Positions 8,329-18,220 of a stretch of DNA of 38,575 nucleotides are shown piece by piece. Both the position numbers and the translations under genes were made by a program. How positions within the stretch are numbered: the stretch's first letter is position 1; each line of letters starts with the position of its first letter. This stretch comes from Promethearchaeota archaeon (GTDB lineage Archaea; Asgardarchaeota; Lokiarchaeia; Sigyniarchaeales; SOKP01). The notes beneath the pieces were generated by a model, which ran no database searches, had not been told where the DNA came from, and worked only from the letters and a program-made list of their open reading frames with translations. Location of the stretch: positions 1 to 38,575 of the forward strand of contig RDOA01000034.1 of NCBI GenBank assembly GCA_011364925.1. Direction: 5' to 3'.

Positions 8329-9843
8329 ATGAGGTTCTATAATTCACAAGGCTTATCTTTGGATAACTATTATAGTACAACACTTGGATGTTGTGGTGGG
8401 AATACTCAATTTATTAAAGCGGAAAAATGCGGAATTAGTCCTTATAAGGCAGATGAGACGATATACTACATTTGCAAGCATTTTGCCTTGCCAGGTATTG
8501 CCACCGTGTTTCTCCTTCTGCCATTAATGTTCTATATTATTTTTAATTTTAGTATTAGGTCTTTAAGTTATATATTCATAATTCTATCATTATTACTTCT
8601 TTTAAGCGTAGGAAGAGAGAATATAAGGGGATGGAAATACAAAATTAAAAATGATGATGGCAATCAAATTATATATCAACCAGGTCCGTATGTATGTAAA
8701 CGAGAAGCAGAAAAATACATATGTAAAATAAATGAAATATCTAAGACTCATTATAAGTTAGGATTTGTAGGTGACATCTTGAAAGTGAACAAATTTGATC
8801 TTGAATTTCATCCCGATATAAAGTGTTTCTTTCACGATGTTGATCTTATTATTGGTAATTTAGAAGGAATAATTACCAGACTAAAATGCCCAATCTTAAA
8901 ACAAGCTCACCCAAGAAAGATTCTTACTCAATTAAAAACCGTACTAAATAAGGATACAATGTGGCTGTTATCAATGGGTAATAATCACAGCGAAGACTTC
9001 AATAATTATCAATTTAACCGTTCTTTAGCTCGTATTCATAGAAACCCAAAATTTGAAGCATTTGGTAGGAAGGATGTATCATTTATTCAAAATCAGAATA
9101 AAGACATAAACATATTTAATGCGACTGAATGGAGTAATCAAAAAACTTGGAATTATACTTCTATCTATGAGTCTCCAAATCGTGAATTTCAGCAGATTAC
9201 TAATCTTCTTGATAATAATAAATTTAATATCCTTTTCCCTCATTGGGGTTTTGAAAACGAAAAATACGTGAGAACAAGGTTCCAGAAAGATGCAAAAGCA
9301 CTACTAACAGGTATCCCACAAAATTACTCGAAATATCAAGATTTTTTAAGAGAAAAATATCACAAGATGATATTACCAGATCCTGCTCATAAATGGGATT
9401 TCATTTTTGCTCACCATCCCCATGTTCTTCAACCTATTTTGAAGATTTCAGATAATATATTAGATGATGACGGAGAACCAGTTATGAATTGTAAGGGAAA
9501 ACCGATTATTTGCAATAAATTAGCTGTTTTTTCTGCTGGAAATTTTACATCAGGGGCCAACATCCTTCGAAAAAAGAAACACATTTCGGGAATTATTATG
9601 AAGTGCGAGATAGGCCCTTTAAAAGAATTTGATGAGAAACTCGCTATTGGCAGGATGGAATGGCGTAGGATAAAAAATCATAAGATTAGAATTAATGGCG
9701 TAAGAACTAAACGAGTTTGTGTCGATAACCAGAAATATAGAACCTATAATAGATCACTCTTCATAGTGAGCATAATTCTTTTAATTATATTTCTTGTAAT
9801 GTTTTTTACTAATGATTTAATATCATTTTTGTCCAGTTTGTGA
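8329..9843 (+). CDS. CapA/PGA_cap-family membrane metallophosphoesterase (paralog B2)
   Basis: FVGDIL, GNLEG, GNNHSED, PHWGFE, AHHPHVLQP, SAGNF; clearly closer to the 5105 paralog than to 6837. Confidence 0.85.
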   Translation: MRFYNSQGLSLDNYYSTTLGCCGGNTQFIKAEKCGISPYKADETIYYICKHFALPGIATVFLLLPLMFYIIFNFSIRSLSYIFIILSLLLLLSVGRENIRGWKYKIKNDDGNQIIYQPGPYVCKREAEKYICKINEISKTHYKLGFVGDILKVNKFDLEFHPDIKCFFHDVDLIIGNLEGIITRLKCPILKQAHPRKILTQLKTVLNKDTMWLLSMGNNHSEDFNNYQFNRSLARIHRNPKFEAFGRKDVSFIQNQNKDINIFNATEWSNQKTWNYTSIYESPNREFQQITNLLDNNKFNILFPHWGFENEKYVRTRFQKDAKALLTGIPQNYSKYQDFLREKYHKMILPDPAHKWDFIFAHHPHVLQPILKISDNILDDDGEPVMNCKGKPIICNKLAVFSAGNFTSGANILRKKKHISGIIMKCEIGPLKEFDEKLAIGRMEWRRIKNHKIRINGVRTKRVCVDNQKYRTYNRSLFIVSIILLIIFLVMFFTNDLISFLSSL

Positions 9844-9995
9844 AATAATAAATATGAGAGTCATGAATATTGGAACTTTAAGAAATTATAGTTTATTATA
9901 AAAAGCTTTAATAACATCCTATTGAAGTGATTATTTAATTCTTTTTCTAAAATAGAAGGTTATTGGATTTAATAGTTTCTTAAGGAGATAAGAAC

Positions 9996-11120
9996 ATGCG
10001 CCTACTAGAATACGAGAGTAAAGATGTCTTTGGGCAGTTTGCTATTCCGCTTGCAAAGTATATCGTTTTAAAAAACCCGAATGAAATAGTGGAGAAAGTG
10101 GGAATTTTTTCTTTTCCTGCTATAATTAAGTCACAAATTGCTATTGGAAGCCGGAAAAAAGCGGGGTTGATCAAAATTGCACAAAATCAAAGTGAAGCAA
10201 TTTCTCTCTGTCAAGATTTTTTTAAAAAAAATGAAGCAGGATTCGCTGTCGAAGCAATTATTATCGAAGAACTAGTGGAAATTCACCAGGAATTCTATTG
10301 TTCAATTACTTTAGACGCTTCAGGAAGGCAATTTTACCTAATTACGAGTAAAGAAGGGGGAATTGACATTGAAGAGGTATCTAAGGAGCACCCAGAAGCA
10401 ATAATCAAGCGGAAATTCTTCTATTCAACAGGTTTAACCGAAAAAGTCGCACGAGACACGGCAATTCAACTTGGATTGTCAAGTGATGTTGTAAAATCAG
10501 GAACCGAAATTTTCCTGAAGTTATGGGACATTACGCAAAAACTAGAAGCTCAACTCGTAGAAATAAATCCTTTAGTATTAACTCCTTCAGGATTAATTGC
10601 TGTTGATGGAAAAATGATCTTGGATGATGATGCCGCTTATCGTCAGCCGATTATTCAAAATCTGCAGGAAAAGAAGTTAAGTGAACTCGAAAAGCTAGCA
10701 AAAGAAGCTGGTTTTTCGTTTGTCGAGTTATCAGGCGACATTGGAATTTTAGCTAACGGCGCAGGACTCACAATGGCGATATTGGATTTATTATCCGAAC
10801 TAGGGCTACAACCTGCTAATTTTTTGGACGTTGGAGGCGGTGCTAGCAAGGAAAGAGTATATAAGGGACTCGCGTTGATTTTAAAACTAAAACCAAGAGC
10901 AGTATTGGTAAACATATTTGGTGGCATTACTAGATGCGATATTGTAGCTCAAGCGATTATTCAAGCTCTAAATGATTTTAAAGACGCTCCACCTATGGTA
11001 ATACGATTAACAGGAACGAACGAGAGAGAAGGGATATCTTTGCTCAAAGAGGCAAACGTAGAAGCATTCCAAGATGTTTTAAAAGCAGTTAAAAAACTTA
11101 AAGAGGTGCTAAACAAGTAA
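9996..11120 (+). CDS. sucC: Succinyl-CoA synthetase-like ligase, beta subunit
   Basis: MRLLEYESK, EGGIDIEE, EINPL, NGAGL, NFLDVGGGA, NIFGGITRCD, RLTGTN. Confidence 0.9.
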   Translation: MRLLEYESKDVFGQFAIPLAKYIVLKNPNEIVEKVGIFSFPAIIKSQIAIGSRKKAGLIKIAQNQSEAISLCQDFFKKNEAGFAVEAIIIEELVEIHQEFYCSITLDASGRQFYLITSKEGGIDIEEVSKEHPEAIIKRKFFYSTGLTEKVARDTAIQLGLSSDVVKSGTEIFLKLWDITQKLEAQLVEINPLVLTPSGLIAVDGKMILDDDAAYRQPIIQNLQEKKLSELEKLAKEAGFSFVELSGDIGILANGAGLTMAILDLLSELGLQPANFLDVGGGASKERVYKGLALILKLKPRAVLVNIFGGITRCDIVAQAIIQALNDFKDAPPMVIRLTGTNEREGISLLKEANVEAFQDVLKAVKKLKEVLNK

Positions 11121-11121
11121 A

Positions 11122-11982
11122 ATGTACATTGATGAAAACTCAAAAGTCGTAGTACAAGGTATCACAGGAGAACAGGGAGCGTTTCATACCCAACTTATGC
11201 TAAACTATGGAACAAACATCGTCGCTGGAGTCACACCTAAAAAAGGAGGCCAAGAAGTAGCTGGAGTTCCAGTGTTTAATACAATGAAGGAAGCCATAAA
11301 GGAAACAGGAGCAAATACAAGTATCGTAATAGTTCCAGCAAGATTTGCTGCTGGGGCAACTAGAGAAAGTTTATACGCTGGAATTCTCATTACCTGCATA
11401 ATTACAGAAAACGTACCGGTGTTTGATATGATTCAACTTGTAGAGAAAGCTAGCAAAAAAGGACTGCATTTAGTGGGTCCTAATTGTCCCGGTATGCTAA
11501 TCCCTGATAAAATCAAATTAGGTATAATGCCGGGGGATATGTGCCATTACGGTGATGTTGCCGTGATTTCGAAAAGTGGAACATTATCCTACGAAATAAC
11601 TAAAGCGATAGGAGATAATGGCATTGGAGTTTCTGCTTATATAGGTATTGGTGGCGATCCCGTAAGAGGAACTACTATGAAAGAAGCTGTGGAATACTAT
11701 TCAGACGATCCAAACACAAAACTAATCGTTCTTGTTGGAGAGATTGGAGGCGACGAGGAAGAAAAGACCGCTCAGTTTATTAAAAAAAATGTTTCTAAAC
11801 CAGTAATAGCCTATATTGCAGGAAAAAGTGCTCCGGAAGGAAAACGAATGGGACACGCTGGAGCAATTATTTCTGGAGATTTTGGTTCTGCGTTGGGAAA
11901 AATTAAGGTTCTTAAAACCGCTGGAGTTTGCATAGCAGATACACCATGGGGAATTCCAAGTCTTATTAAGGATTTAATTTAA
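11122..11982 (+). CDS. sucD: Succinyl-CoA synthetase-like ligase, alpha subunit
   Basis: VQGITG, GVTPKKGG, GPNCPG, SKSGTLSYE, GIGGDP, RMGHAGA (phospho-His). Confidence 0.93.
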   Translation: MYIDENSKVVVQGITGEQGAFHTQLMLNYGTNIVAGVTPKKGGQEVAGVPVFNTMKEAIKETGANTSIVIVPARFAAGATRESLYAGILITCIITENVPVFDMIQLVEKASKKGLHLVGPNCPGMLIPDKIKLGIMPGDMCHYGDVAVISKSGTLSYEITKAIGDNGIGVSAYIGIGGDPVRGTTMKEAVEYYSDDPNTKLIVLVGEIGGDEEEKTAQFIKKNVSKPVIAYIAGKSAPEGKRMGHAGAIISGDFGSALGKIKVLKTAGVCIADTPWGIPSLIKDLI

Positions 11983-12046
11983 AAAAGATGAGAATTCCCA
12001 AAATTTTAAATATTTATTCTGGGTTATTTTACAATTAACAAAACTA

Positions 12047-13486
12047 TTGCAAGTTATCATGATATCCGCAATTATCGCACCATTAATGCTTGTTTTGGTA
12101 ATTATTTTTATTACGATAGGAAAGATGAATCGTCTTCTGGCAGCGTTTATTGGTGCAATCACAGTGGCTTTTTTCTTACTTTATGTGGATAACATTGATA
12201 TTACAATTGTAGTAGGATTTCTAATTGGAACTGATAATTCCAATCTCCAAACGATTTTATTTATTTTTGGCATGATGATGACTATTGCCGTGTGTGAAAA
12301 AAGTGGAGTATTTAGTTATATCGCATTTCGATTAGTACAAATGTCGAAAGGAAAAAGCCGTCGTATTCTTATTATCCTATGTTTTTTTACATTTATTTTC
12401 TCGTCTGTTACGATGAACATCTTATGTATTTTTTTAATTATCCCTCTTACGATTACGATTTGTAGAATTTTGAAAATAAATCCACTCCCATTTATTTTAT
12501 CAGAGGGAATGGTTGTAAATTTAGGTGGACTTCTTTTCGTTATTAGCTCAATTCCTAATTTATTGATAAGTCACGCAATTAATTGGACATTTCCAGAGTA
12601 CTTCATAGATGTAGGATTTTTTTCTATATATCTTTTTATTATTAATATTATATTCTTAACTAAATATAACGAGCGTAAGTTAGAAACTGCTGAACCCAAT
12701 TACATTAAACGCTTATTAGACTATGATCCCTGGATGTTTGTAGCGTCTAAAAAAAATTTTTATAAATCACTGGTTATCCTTCTATTAACGATTCTATCAG
12801 TAATAATACTTCCGTCATTTATTCCAATAACAATTGACATCATAGCTTTAGCCGGAGGTATCATCTCTGTCTTATTGGTTTTAGTCAAAAAATTCGATTC
12901 TATTTGGAAATCTCTCGATTTAGAATTAATTTTTTATCTATTTTGTATTTTATTTATATCTGAAGCAATTGACTTCACTGGAGTACTAAATTTCGTATCA
13001 GTGGGGATAGATTTTATAACGGGAGGTAATCCATTTAGCATTACAATTTTATTGTTATGGCTATCGAGTATCCTTAGTTCCGTAGTTCATAATGCACCAA
13101 TCACTAAAATTTTTATACCAGTTGTTCGGAATGTCTCAACGGCGCAAAATCAACGAGTCTTTTTTTCATCTTTAACAATAGGGACGGTTTTAGGAGAAAA
13201 TCTATCAGTTATGGGAGATAATCTAGTTTTAATTCTTATGGTAAGATCAAAAGGTTATAAGTTAACATTTTCTACTTTTATGAAACTTGGAATTATAACT
13301 ACTATGTTAGAATTAATAGCTTCGAGTTTTTTCTTACTCATGAAGGTAAGTATTCAATTCCTCTTTATTGGGATTATTATCTTATTAGGAATCGTTGTTC
13401 TTTTACTTCTTTCTTCTAAAATTCTCAAATGGGATAAGGTAATTAAAATAAAAAATTTAAGGAAAAACAAGCTGATCCAAAAATGA
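12047..13486 (+). CDS. IT-superfamily (ArsB/NhaD/SLC13/CitMHS-like) anion or carboxylate permease
   Basis: About 12-13 hydrophobic segments; IFGMM...SGVFSYIA, NLGG...IPN, SSVVHNAP, LGENLS. TTG start. Confidence 0.72.
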   Translation: MQVIMISAIIAPLMLVLVIIFITIGKMNRLLAAFIGAITVAFFLLYVDNIDITIVVGFLIGTDNSNLQTILFIFGMMMTIAVCEKSGVFSYIAFRLVQMSKGKSRRILIILCFFTFIFSSVTMNILCIFLIIPLTITICRILKINPLPFILSEGMVVNLGGLLFVISSIPNLLISHAINWTFPEYFIDVGFFSIYLFIINIIFLTKYNERKLETAEPNYIKRLLDYDPWMFVASKKNFYKSLVILLLTILSVIILPSFIPITIDIIALAGGIISVLLVLVKKFDSIWKSLDLELIFYLFCILFISEAIDFTGVLNFVSVGIDFITGGNPFSITILLLWLSSILSSVVHNAPITKIFIPVVRNVSTAQNQRVFFSSLTIGTVLGENLSVMGDNLVLILMVRSKGYKLTFSTFMKLGIITTMLELIASSFFLLMKVSIQFLFIGIIILLGIVVLLLLSSKILKWDKVIKIKNLRKNKLIQK

Positions 13487-13633
13487 GTTTGCTATAGAGT
13501 TGGATAGACAATCCCCCGTTATAAGGGAAAAGAATCCCTTATTAATCATGTAGGAAAAATTTTTATTAAAGTTGAGTTTACCCTTATTATATTTCTTTGA
13601 CACAACATAAAAAAACAAGAGAAAGAGAGAAAA

Positions 13634-14926
13634 TTGGCTCAAAAAAATATTTACGAGTATGATGCTAAAAGGCTCATCGCGAGCGAATTAGCAAAATATT
13701 ATCCTGAGTTTAAATACCATAACAAGCTAGCAGTGATTGACTGCGAAACAGATATAGACAAAGCAATAGCAGATAATTCTTGGATGAAAACTGAGAAAGT
13801 GGTAGTAAAACCAGATCAACTTTTTGGAAAAAGAGGTAAGGCAAATCTACTTTTGTTGGATGCTAATTGCGATGAAATGAAAGACTTTTGTTATAGTAAT
13901 TTGAATAGAGTTTGCGAAATTGGGAATGTAAGAGGTGCTTTGAAACGATTACTTGTAGAACCTTTTATCCCTCACGAAAAGGAATATTATGTCTCAATAA
14001 CGACTGAAAGAGATGGCGATGTCATCCATTTCAGCTTTGAAGGAGGTATTTTTGTAGAAGAAAATTGGGATAAAGTGGTTCATATCCCGATACCTATAGA
14101 AACAGATATTACAACCTTTGATCTTGAAGGAAAGATGCCTGATTTAGGAGACTCAAATAATATCTTGATTCCTTTTATTAAGGGGCTTTATCAAGTATTT
14201 GTGGATCAGGATTTTGCTTTTCTTGAGATTAATCCTTTTGCGATTACAGAGGACAATAAGATTGTACCCTTAGATGTTAAAGCCAGATTAGATGATACGG
14301 CTATGTTTCTTCATGCTGATACTTGGGGAAATCCAGAAAATCCAATTGAATTTCCAGCGGGATTCGGTCAAGAGTTGAGTCTCGAAGAGGTGAGGATAAA
14401 AGAATTAGATGAAAAAACGGGTGCTTCTCTTAAACTTACTATATTAAACCGAGAGGGAAATGTATGGACAATGGTTGCAGGGGGAGGTGCATCAGTTGTA
14501 TACACGGATACAATTGCAGATCTTGGATTTTCAGAAGAATTGGGTAATTATGGAGAATATAGTGGAAATCCTAGCCAAGAGCATACAGAAATATATGCCC
14601 AGACTTTGATTGACCTCATCACCAAAGCACCTAATCTTAAAGGAAAAGAGAAATTCCTTATTATCGGTGGGGGAATTGCCAACTTTACTGACGTTAAAGC
14701 TACGTTTGCGGGGATTGTTAGTGCAATTAAAAAATCAGCCGATAAATTAAAGCAAGCTAATGTTAAAATATTCGTGCGCAGGGGTGGTCCTAACGAGAAA
14801 CAAGGTTTAGAGCTGATGAGACAGACGGGAGAAGAGACGGGGATACCTATTGAAATTTACGATCGCTATAGTAGTATGACGCGTCCAGTAGCAAGAATGA
14901 TAGAAGAAATACGGGGTGAGAAATGA
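13634..14926 (+). CDS. aclB: ATP-citrate lyase, ATP-grasp/citrate-binding subunit
   Basis: IYEYDAK, VVKPDQLFGKRGK, GASLKLTILN, WTMVAGGGASVVY, NYGEYSG, IGGGIANFTDV, RRGGPN. Confidence 0.95.
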   Translation: MAQKNIYEYDAKRLIASELAKYYPEFKYHNKLAVIDCETDIDKAIADNSWMKTEKVVVKPDQLFGKRGKANLLLLDANCDEMKDFCYSNLNRVCEIGNVRGALKRLLVEPFIPHEKEYYVSITTERDGDVIHFSFEGGIFVEENWDKVVHIPIPIETDITTFDLEGKMPDLGDSNNILIPFIKGLYQVFVDQDFAFLEINPFAITEDNKIVPLDVKARLDDTAMFLHADTWGNPENPIEFPAGFGQELSLEEVRIKELDEKTGASLKLTILNREGNVWTMVAGGGASVVYTDTIADLGFSEELGNYGEYSGNPSQEHTEIYAQTLIDLITKAPNLKGKEKFLIIGGGIANFTDVKATFAGIVSAIKKSADKLKQANVKIFVRRGGPNEKQGLELMRQTGEETGIPIEIYDRYSSMTRPVARMIEEIRGEK

Positions 14927-16762
14927 ATGGAAAGCTATGAATTATTTAACTCGGATACCCAGGCGATAATTTACGGATTTCAAGCAAATCCCGTTCAAAG
15001 AATGCTTGATTTTGATTACATTTGCAAACGGAAGAAGCCATCCGTTGCTGCGATGATTAGACCGACTCAAGAAGCTGCGATAGCGTATCATAAAGTGTTT
15101 TGGGGGAGTAAAGAAATTGTTATTCCAATTTATAAAACGCTACAAATGGCAGTTAAAAAACATCCTAGTGCGGATGTTATGATAAATTTTGCTTCTTTTC
15201 GATCTGCTTACGATACGAGTAAAGAAGCTCTTGAAACGGATACAATTCGCGTAGTAGTTATAATTGCTGAGGGTGTTCCTGAAAGACAAAGTAGAATTCT
15301 ACTTAAAATTGCCGAAGAAAGAAACAAGGTCATCATAGGCCCTGCAACTGTAGGTGGTATAAAAGCAGGGGCATTCAAGATTGCAAATACAGCTGGTACT
15401 CTTGAAAATATCCTGCTTTCAAAATTATATCGTCCTGGTTCAGTAGGTTTTGTGTCTAAATCGGGCGGTTTAAGTAACGAAATGAATTTTATGATTGCAC
15501 AAACTACGGATGGAGTTTACGAATCGATTGCTATTGGAGGAGATCGCTATCCCGGCTCAAGGCTGATCGATCATCTCTTACGCTATGAAGCGAACCCCAA
15601 TATTAAAATGCTAGTGTGTTTAGGAGAAATCGGTGGAACAGAAGAGTATGAAATCGTTGACACGTTAAAGAATGGCAAGATTACCAAGCCAATTGCGATT
15701 TGGGTGACTGGAACCGCAGCTAAAATCCTTCCCAAAGGCCTACAATTTGGACACGCAGGTGCCATGGCTGGCAGTTCAAAAGAAACAGCAGAAGCTAAAA
15801 ATCAAGCTCTTAAAGAAGCAGGAGCGTTAGTTCCTGAATCGTACGAAGATTTTGATAAATTAATTAAAGAAACTTACGAAAAATTAGTACAGGAAGGCAA
15901 AATTAAACCTGCGAAAGAAGAAGAACCTCCAAAGATTCCTACGGATTTTAATGAGGCTGTAAGATTAGGTTTAGTTAGAAGACCTACTGATGTAGTAGTT
16001 ACTGTTAGTGACGATCGGGGTGATGTCCCGACATTCGCTGGAGTCGGATTAGACAACATCGTAAGAGAGAACCGCTCCATCGGTTACGTAATTGGACTTC
16101 TATGGTTCAAGAGAGAGTTACCTGAGTTTGCTCAACAATTTATTGAAATGGTGATTAAATTAACTGCCGATCATGGTCCAGCAGTATCAGGAGCGCACAA
16201 TGCAATCATTACTGCTCGAGCAGGCAAAGATCTTATGTCGGCTTTGGCAAGTGGAATATTAACCATCGGTCCGAGATTTGGAGGTGCAATATCAGATGCA
16301 GCGAAATACATTCGGGAAGCACTACAGAAGGGAATGAATCCCCCAGAATTTATAAAGTATATGAAGGATGTCGTTCAAATTAATATTCCCGGTATAGGAC
16401 ATCGTATAAAATCAGTTCAAAATCCAGATGTGAGAGTATTATTACTCAAAGAATTTGTTTTCAAAAACTTCAAGAAGCACCCGCATTTAGATTTTGCTCT
16501 TGAAGTAGAAAAACTCACAACTTCTAAAAGGAATAATCTGATACTCAATGTTGACGGGTGTATTGGAATTACATTTTTAGATCTTTTAGAGAATCTAGAT
16601 TTTACCTCAGAAGAAATTGAAGATGTAATTTATAGCGAAGCATTAAATGGGTTATTTGTGCTTGGTAGATCAATTGGGATGATGGGGCACATTTTTGACC
16701 AAAAACGACAACGAGCTGGTCTCTATCGACAACCGTGGGACGAGATTTTATTTAGTGAATAA
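14927..16762 (+). CDS. aclA: ATP-citrate lyase, CoA-binding/phospho-His plus citryl-CoA lyase subunit
   Basis: QRMLDFDY, NFASFRSA, IAEGVPE, GPATVGG, IGGDRYPGS, QFGHAGA, ADHGPAVSGAHN, GPRFGGA, GIGHRIKS, NLILNVDG. Confidence 0.96.
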   Translation: MESYELFNSDTQAIIYGFQANPVQRMLDFDYICKRKKPSVAAMIRPTQEAAIAYHKVFWGSKEIVIPIYKTLQMAVKKHPSADVMINFASFRSAYDTSKEALETDTIRVVVIIAEGVPERQSRILLKIAEERNKVIIGPATVGGIKAGAFKIANTAGTLENILLSKLYRPGSVGFVSKSGGLSNEMNFMIAQTTDGVYESIAIGGDRYPGSRLIDHLLRYEANPNIKMLVCLGEIGGTEEYEIVDTLKNGKITKPIAIWVTGTAAKILPKGLQFGHAGAMAGSSKETAEAKNQALKEAGALVPESYEDFDKLIKETYEKLVQEGKIKPAKEEEPPKIPTDFNEAVRLGLVRRPTDVVVTVSDDRGDVPTFAGVGLDNIVRENRSIGYVIGLLWFKRELPEFAQQFIEMVIKLTADHGPAVSGAHNAIITARAGKDLMSALASGILTIGPRFGGAISDAAKYIREALQKGMNPPEFIKYMKDVVQINIPGIGHRIKSVQNPDVRVLLLKEFVFKNFKKHPHLDFALEVEKLTTSKRNNLILNVDGCIGITFLDLLENLDFTSEEIEDVIYSEALNGLFVLGRSIGMMGHIFDQKRQRAGLYRQPWDEILFSE

Positions 16763-16766
16763 TCAA

Positions 16767-16775
16767 TTTTTTTTT
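16767..16775 (+). terminator. Oligo-T tract after aclA, possible archaeal-type terminator
   Basis: T9 run a few nt after the aclA stop. Confidence 0.35.
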
Positions 16776-16863
16776 AGTTTAACTAATCTATAATAGTAAA
16801 TTTTAAGATAGAATGATAATTTAGAACTAGACTAGAAACAAACAGAACGTATGGTTGTAAAAA

Positions 16864-18069
16864 ATGGAAAATGTTGTTAGAAATGCAAAAGAACATTTTG
16901 AAAAACTTGTAACTGAACAATTAGCAAGAATAGAGCGAATGAAAAAAGCAGAGGATTGGGTAGATTATTCTACACTAAAACCTCTTATAATTGGAGTAGC
17001 TCCTGGTGATGGAATCGGTCCAGAGATCACAAAACATGCAGATACGATCCTAAAATTCCTATTGGAAGATGAAGTTCAAAAAGGGAAGATAGAATTCAGA
17101 GACATCGAAGGTTTAACCATAGAGAATAGAGCAAAATTAATGAAAGCTATTCCGGACGAAAGCTTAGAGCAGTTAAAGAAGTGCCATGTTATATTAAAGG
17201 GTCCTACGCACACTCCAAGCTCAGCAGATTTAGCCTCGGGGAAATGGCCAAATCTCGAAAGTGCAAATGTTTCAATGAGAAGAGAACTAGACTTATTTGC
17301 CAATGTTCGTCCAGTGAAGGTACCAGAACAAGGAATTGATTGGATCTTTTTTCGAGAAAATACCGAAGGAGCTTATGTATTGGGTTCAAGGGGTATTAGA
17401 GTTACTGATGACTTAGCCTTTGACTTTTGCGTACATACGAAACAAGGAACAGATCGCATCTTAAGATTAGCTTTTGATTACGCGAAAAAGACAGGACTAA
17501 ATAGAGTTTCACTAGTCACTAAAGCTAATGTAGTTAAAACGACAGATGGAATGTACTTAAACATGGCAAAAGAGATTGCAAAGAATGAATATCCAGAAAT
17601 AAAATTCGATGATTGGTATATTGATATTATGGCCGCAAAATTAATTGACCCAGCACGACAATCAGAGTTTAAAGTTTTCGTTGCACCGAATTTATACGGA
17701 GATATAATTACCGATGAAGCTGCTCAGATTCAAGGTTCTGTTGGCACCGCTGGAAGCGCAAATATAGGGAAACGATATGCTATGTTCGAAGCAATTCATG
17801 GGACTGCTCCTAGAATGGTAGAAACAGGTAGAATTCAATATGCCGACCCAACGAGTATAATAAAGGCTTCAGCTATGCTTTTAAATCATATTGGGTTTGT
17901 AGATAAGGCTAAGAAGCTAGAGATGGCTTTAGACGTATGTGCCATCTATGAAAAGAAACTAGTTATAACAGGCAGAGATACCGGAGTTACAGGAGAAGAA
18001 TATGCGAAGTATATCATGGAAACAATTAAAGATCCAAACTTGGAAGCGAAGTGGAAAAGTTATCAATAA
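16864..18069 (+). CDS. icd: Isocitrate/isopropylmalate dehydrogenase family; probably isocitrate dehydrogenase
   Basis: PGDGIGPE, LKGP, SANVSMRR (S-x-N-xxx-R of isocitrate-type enzymes), RENTEG, KAN, NLYGDIITD, FEAIHGTAP; adjacent to acl and suc genes. Confidence 0.78.
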   Translation: MENVVRNAKEHFEKLVTEQLARIERMKKAEDWVDYSTLKPLIIGVAPGDGIGPEITKHADTILKFLLEDEVQKGKIEFRDIEGLTIENRAKLMKAIPDESLEQLKKCHVILKGPTHTPSSADLASGKWPNLESANVSMRRELDLFANVRPVKVPEQGIDWIFFRENTEGAYVLGSRGIRVTDDLAFDFCVHTKQGTDRILRLAFDYAKKTGLNRVSLVTKANVVKTTDGMYLNMAKEIAKNEYPEIKFDDWYIDIMAAKLIDPARQSEFKVFVAPNLYGDIITDEAAQIQGSVGTAGSANIGKRYAMFEAIHGTAPRMVETGRIQYADPTSIIKASAMLLNHIGFVDKAKKLEMALDVCAIYEKKLVITGRDTGVTGEEYAKYIMETIKDPNLEAKWKSYQ

Positions 18070-18220
18070 ATTCTTCTAAATTTTTTATTAATTATTTTTA
18101 AGCATATCTCTTTTATTTTTTTCATCGAGAAATCTCGAATAAATATTAATTGAAGATTTATAACTAATTGAGATAAATATAATTTTATAGAACTTAATTA
18201 AGAATTTTTAAAATAATAAA

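Noticed and set aside
5105-9843. Poly-gamma-glutamate capsule operon
   Set aside because: Only CapA-like domains are present; there is no CapB ligase or CapC.
9996-18069. Proof of autotrophic reverse TCA
   Set aside because: ACL is reversible, and OGOR, fumarate reductase and aconitase are not in the window.
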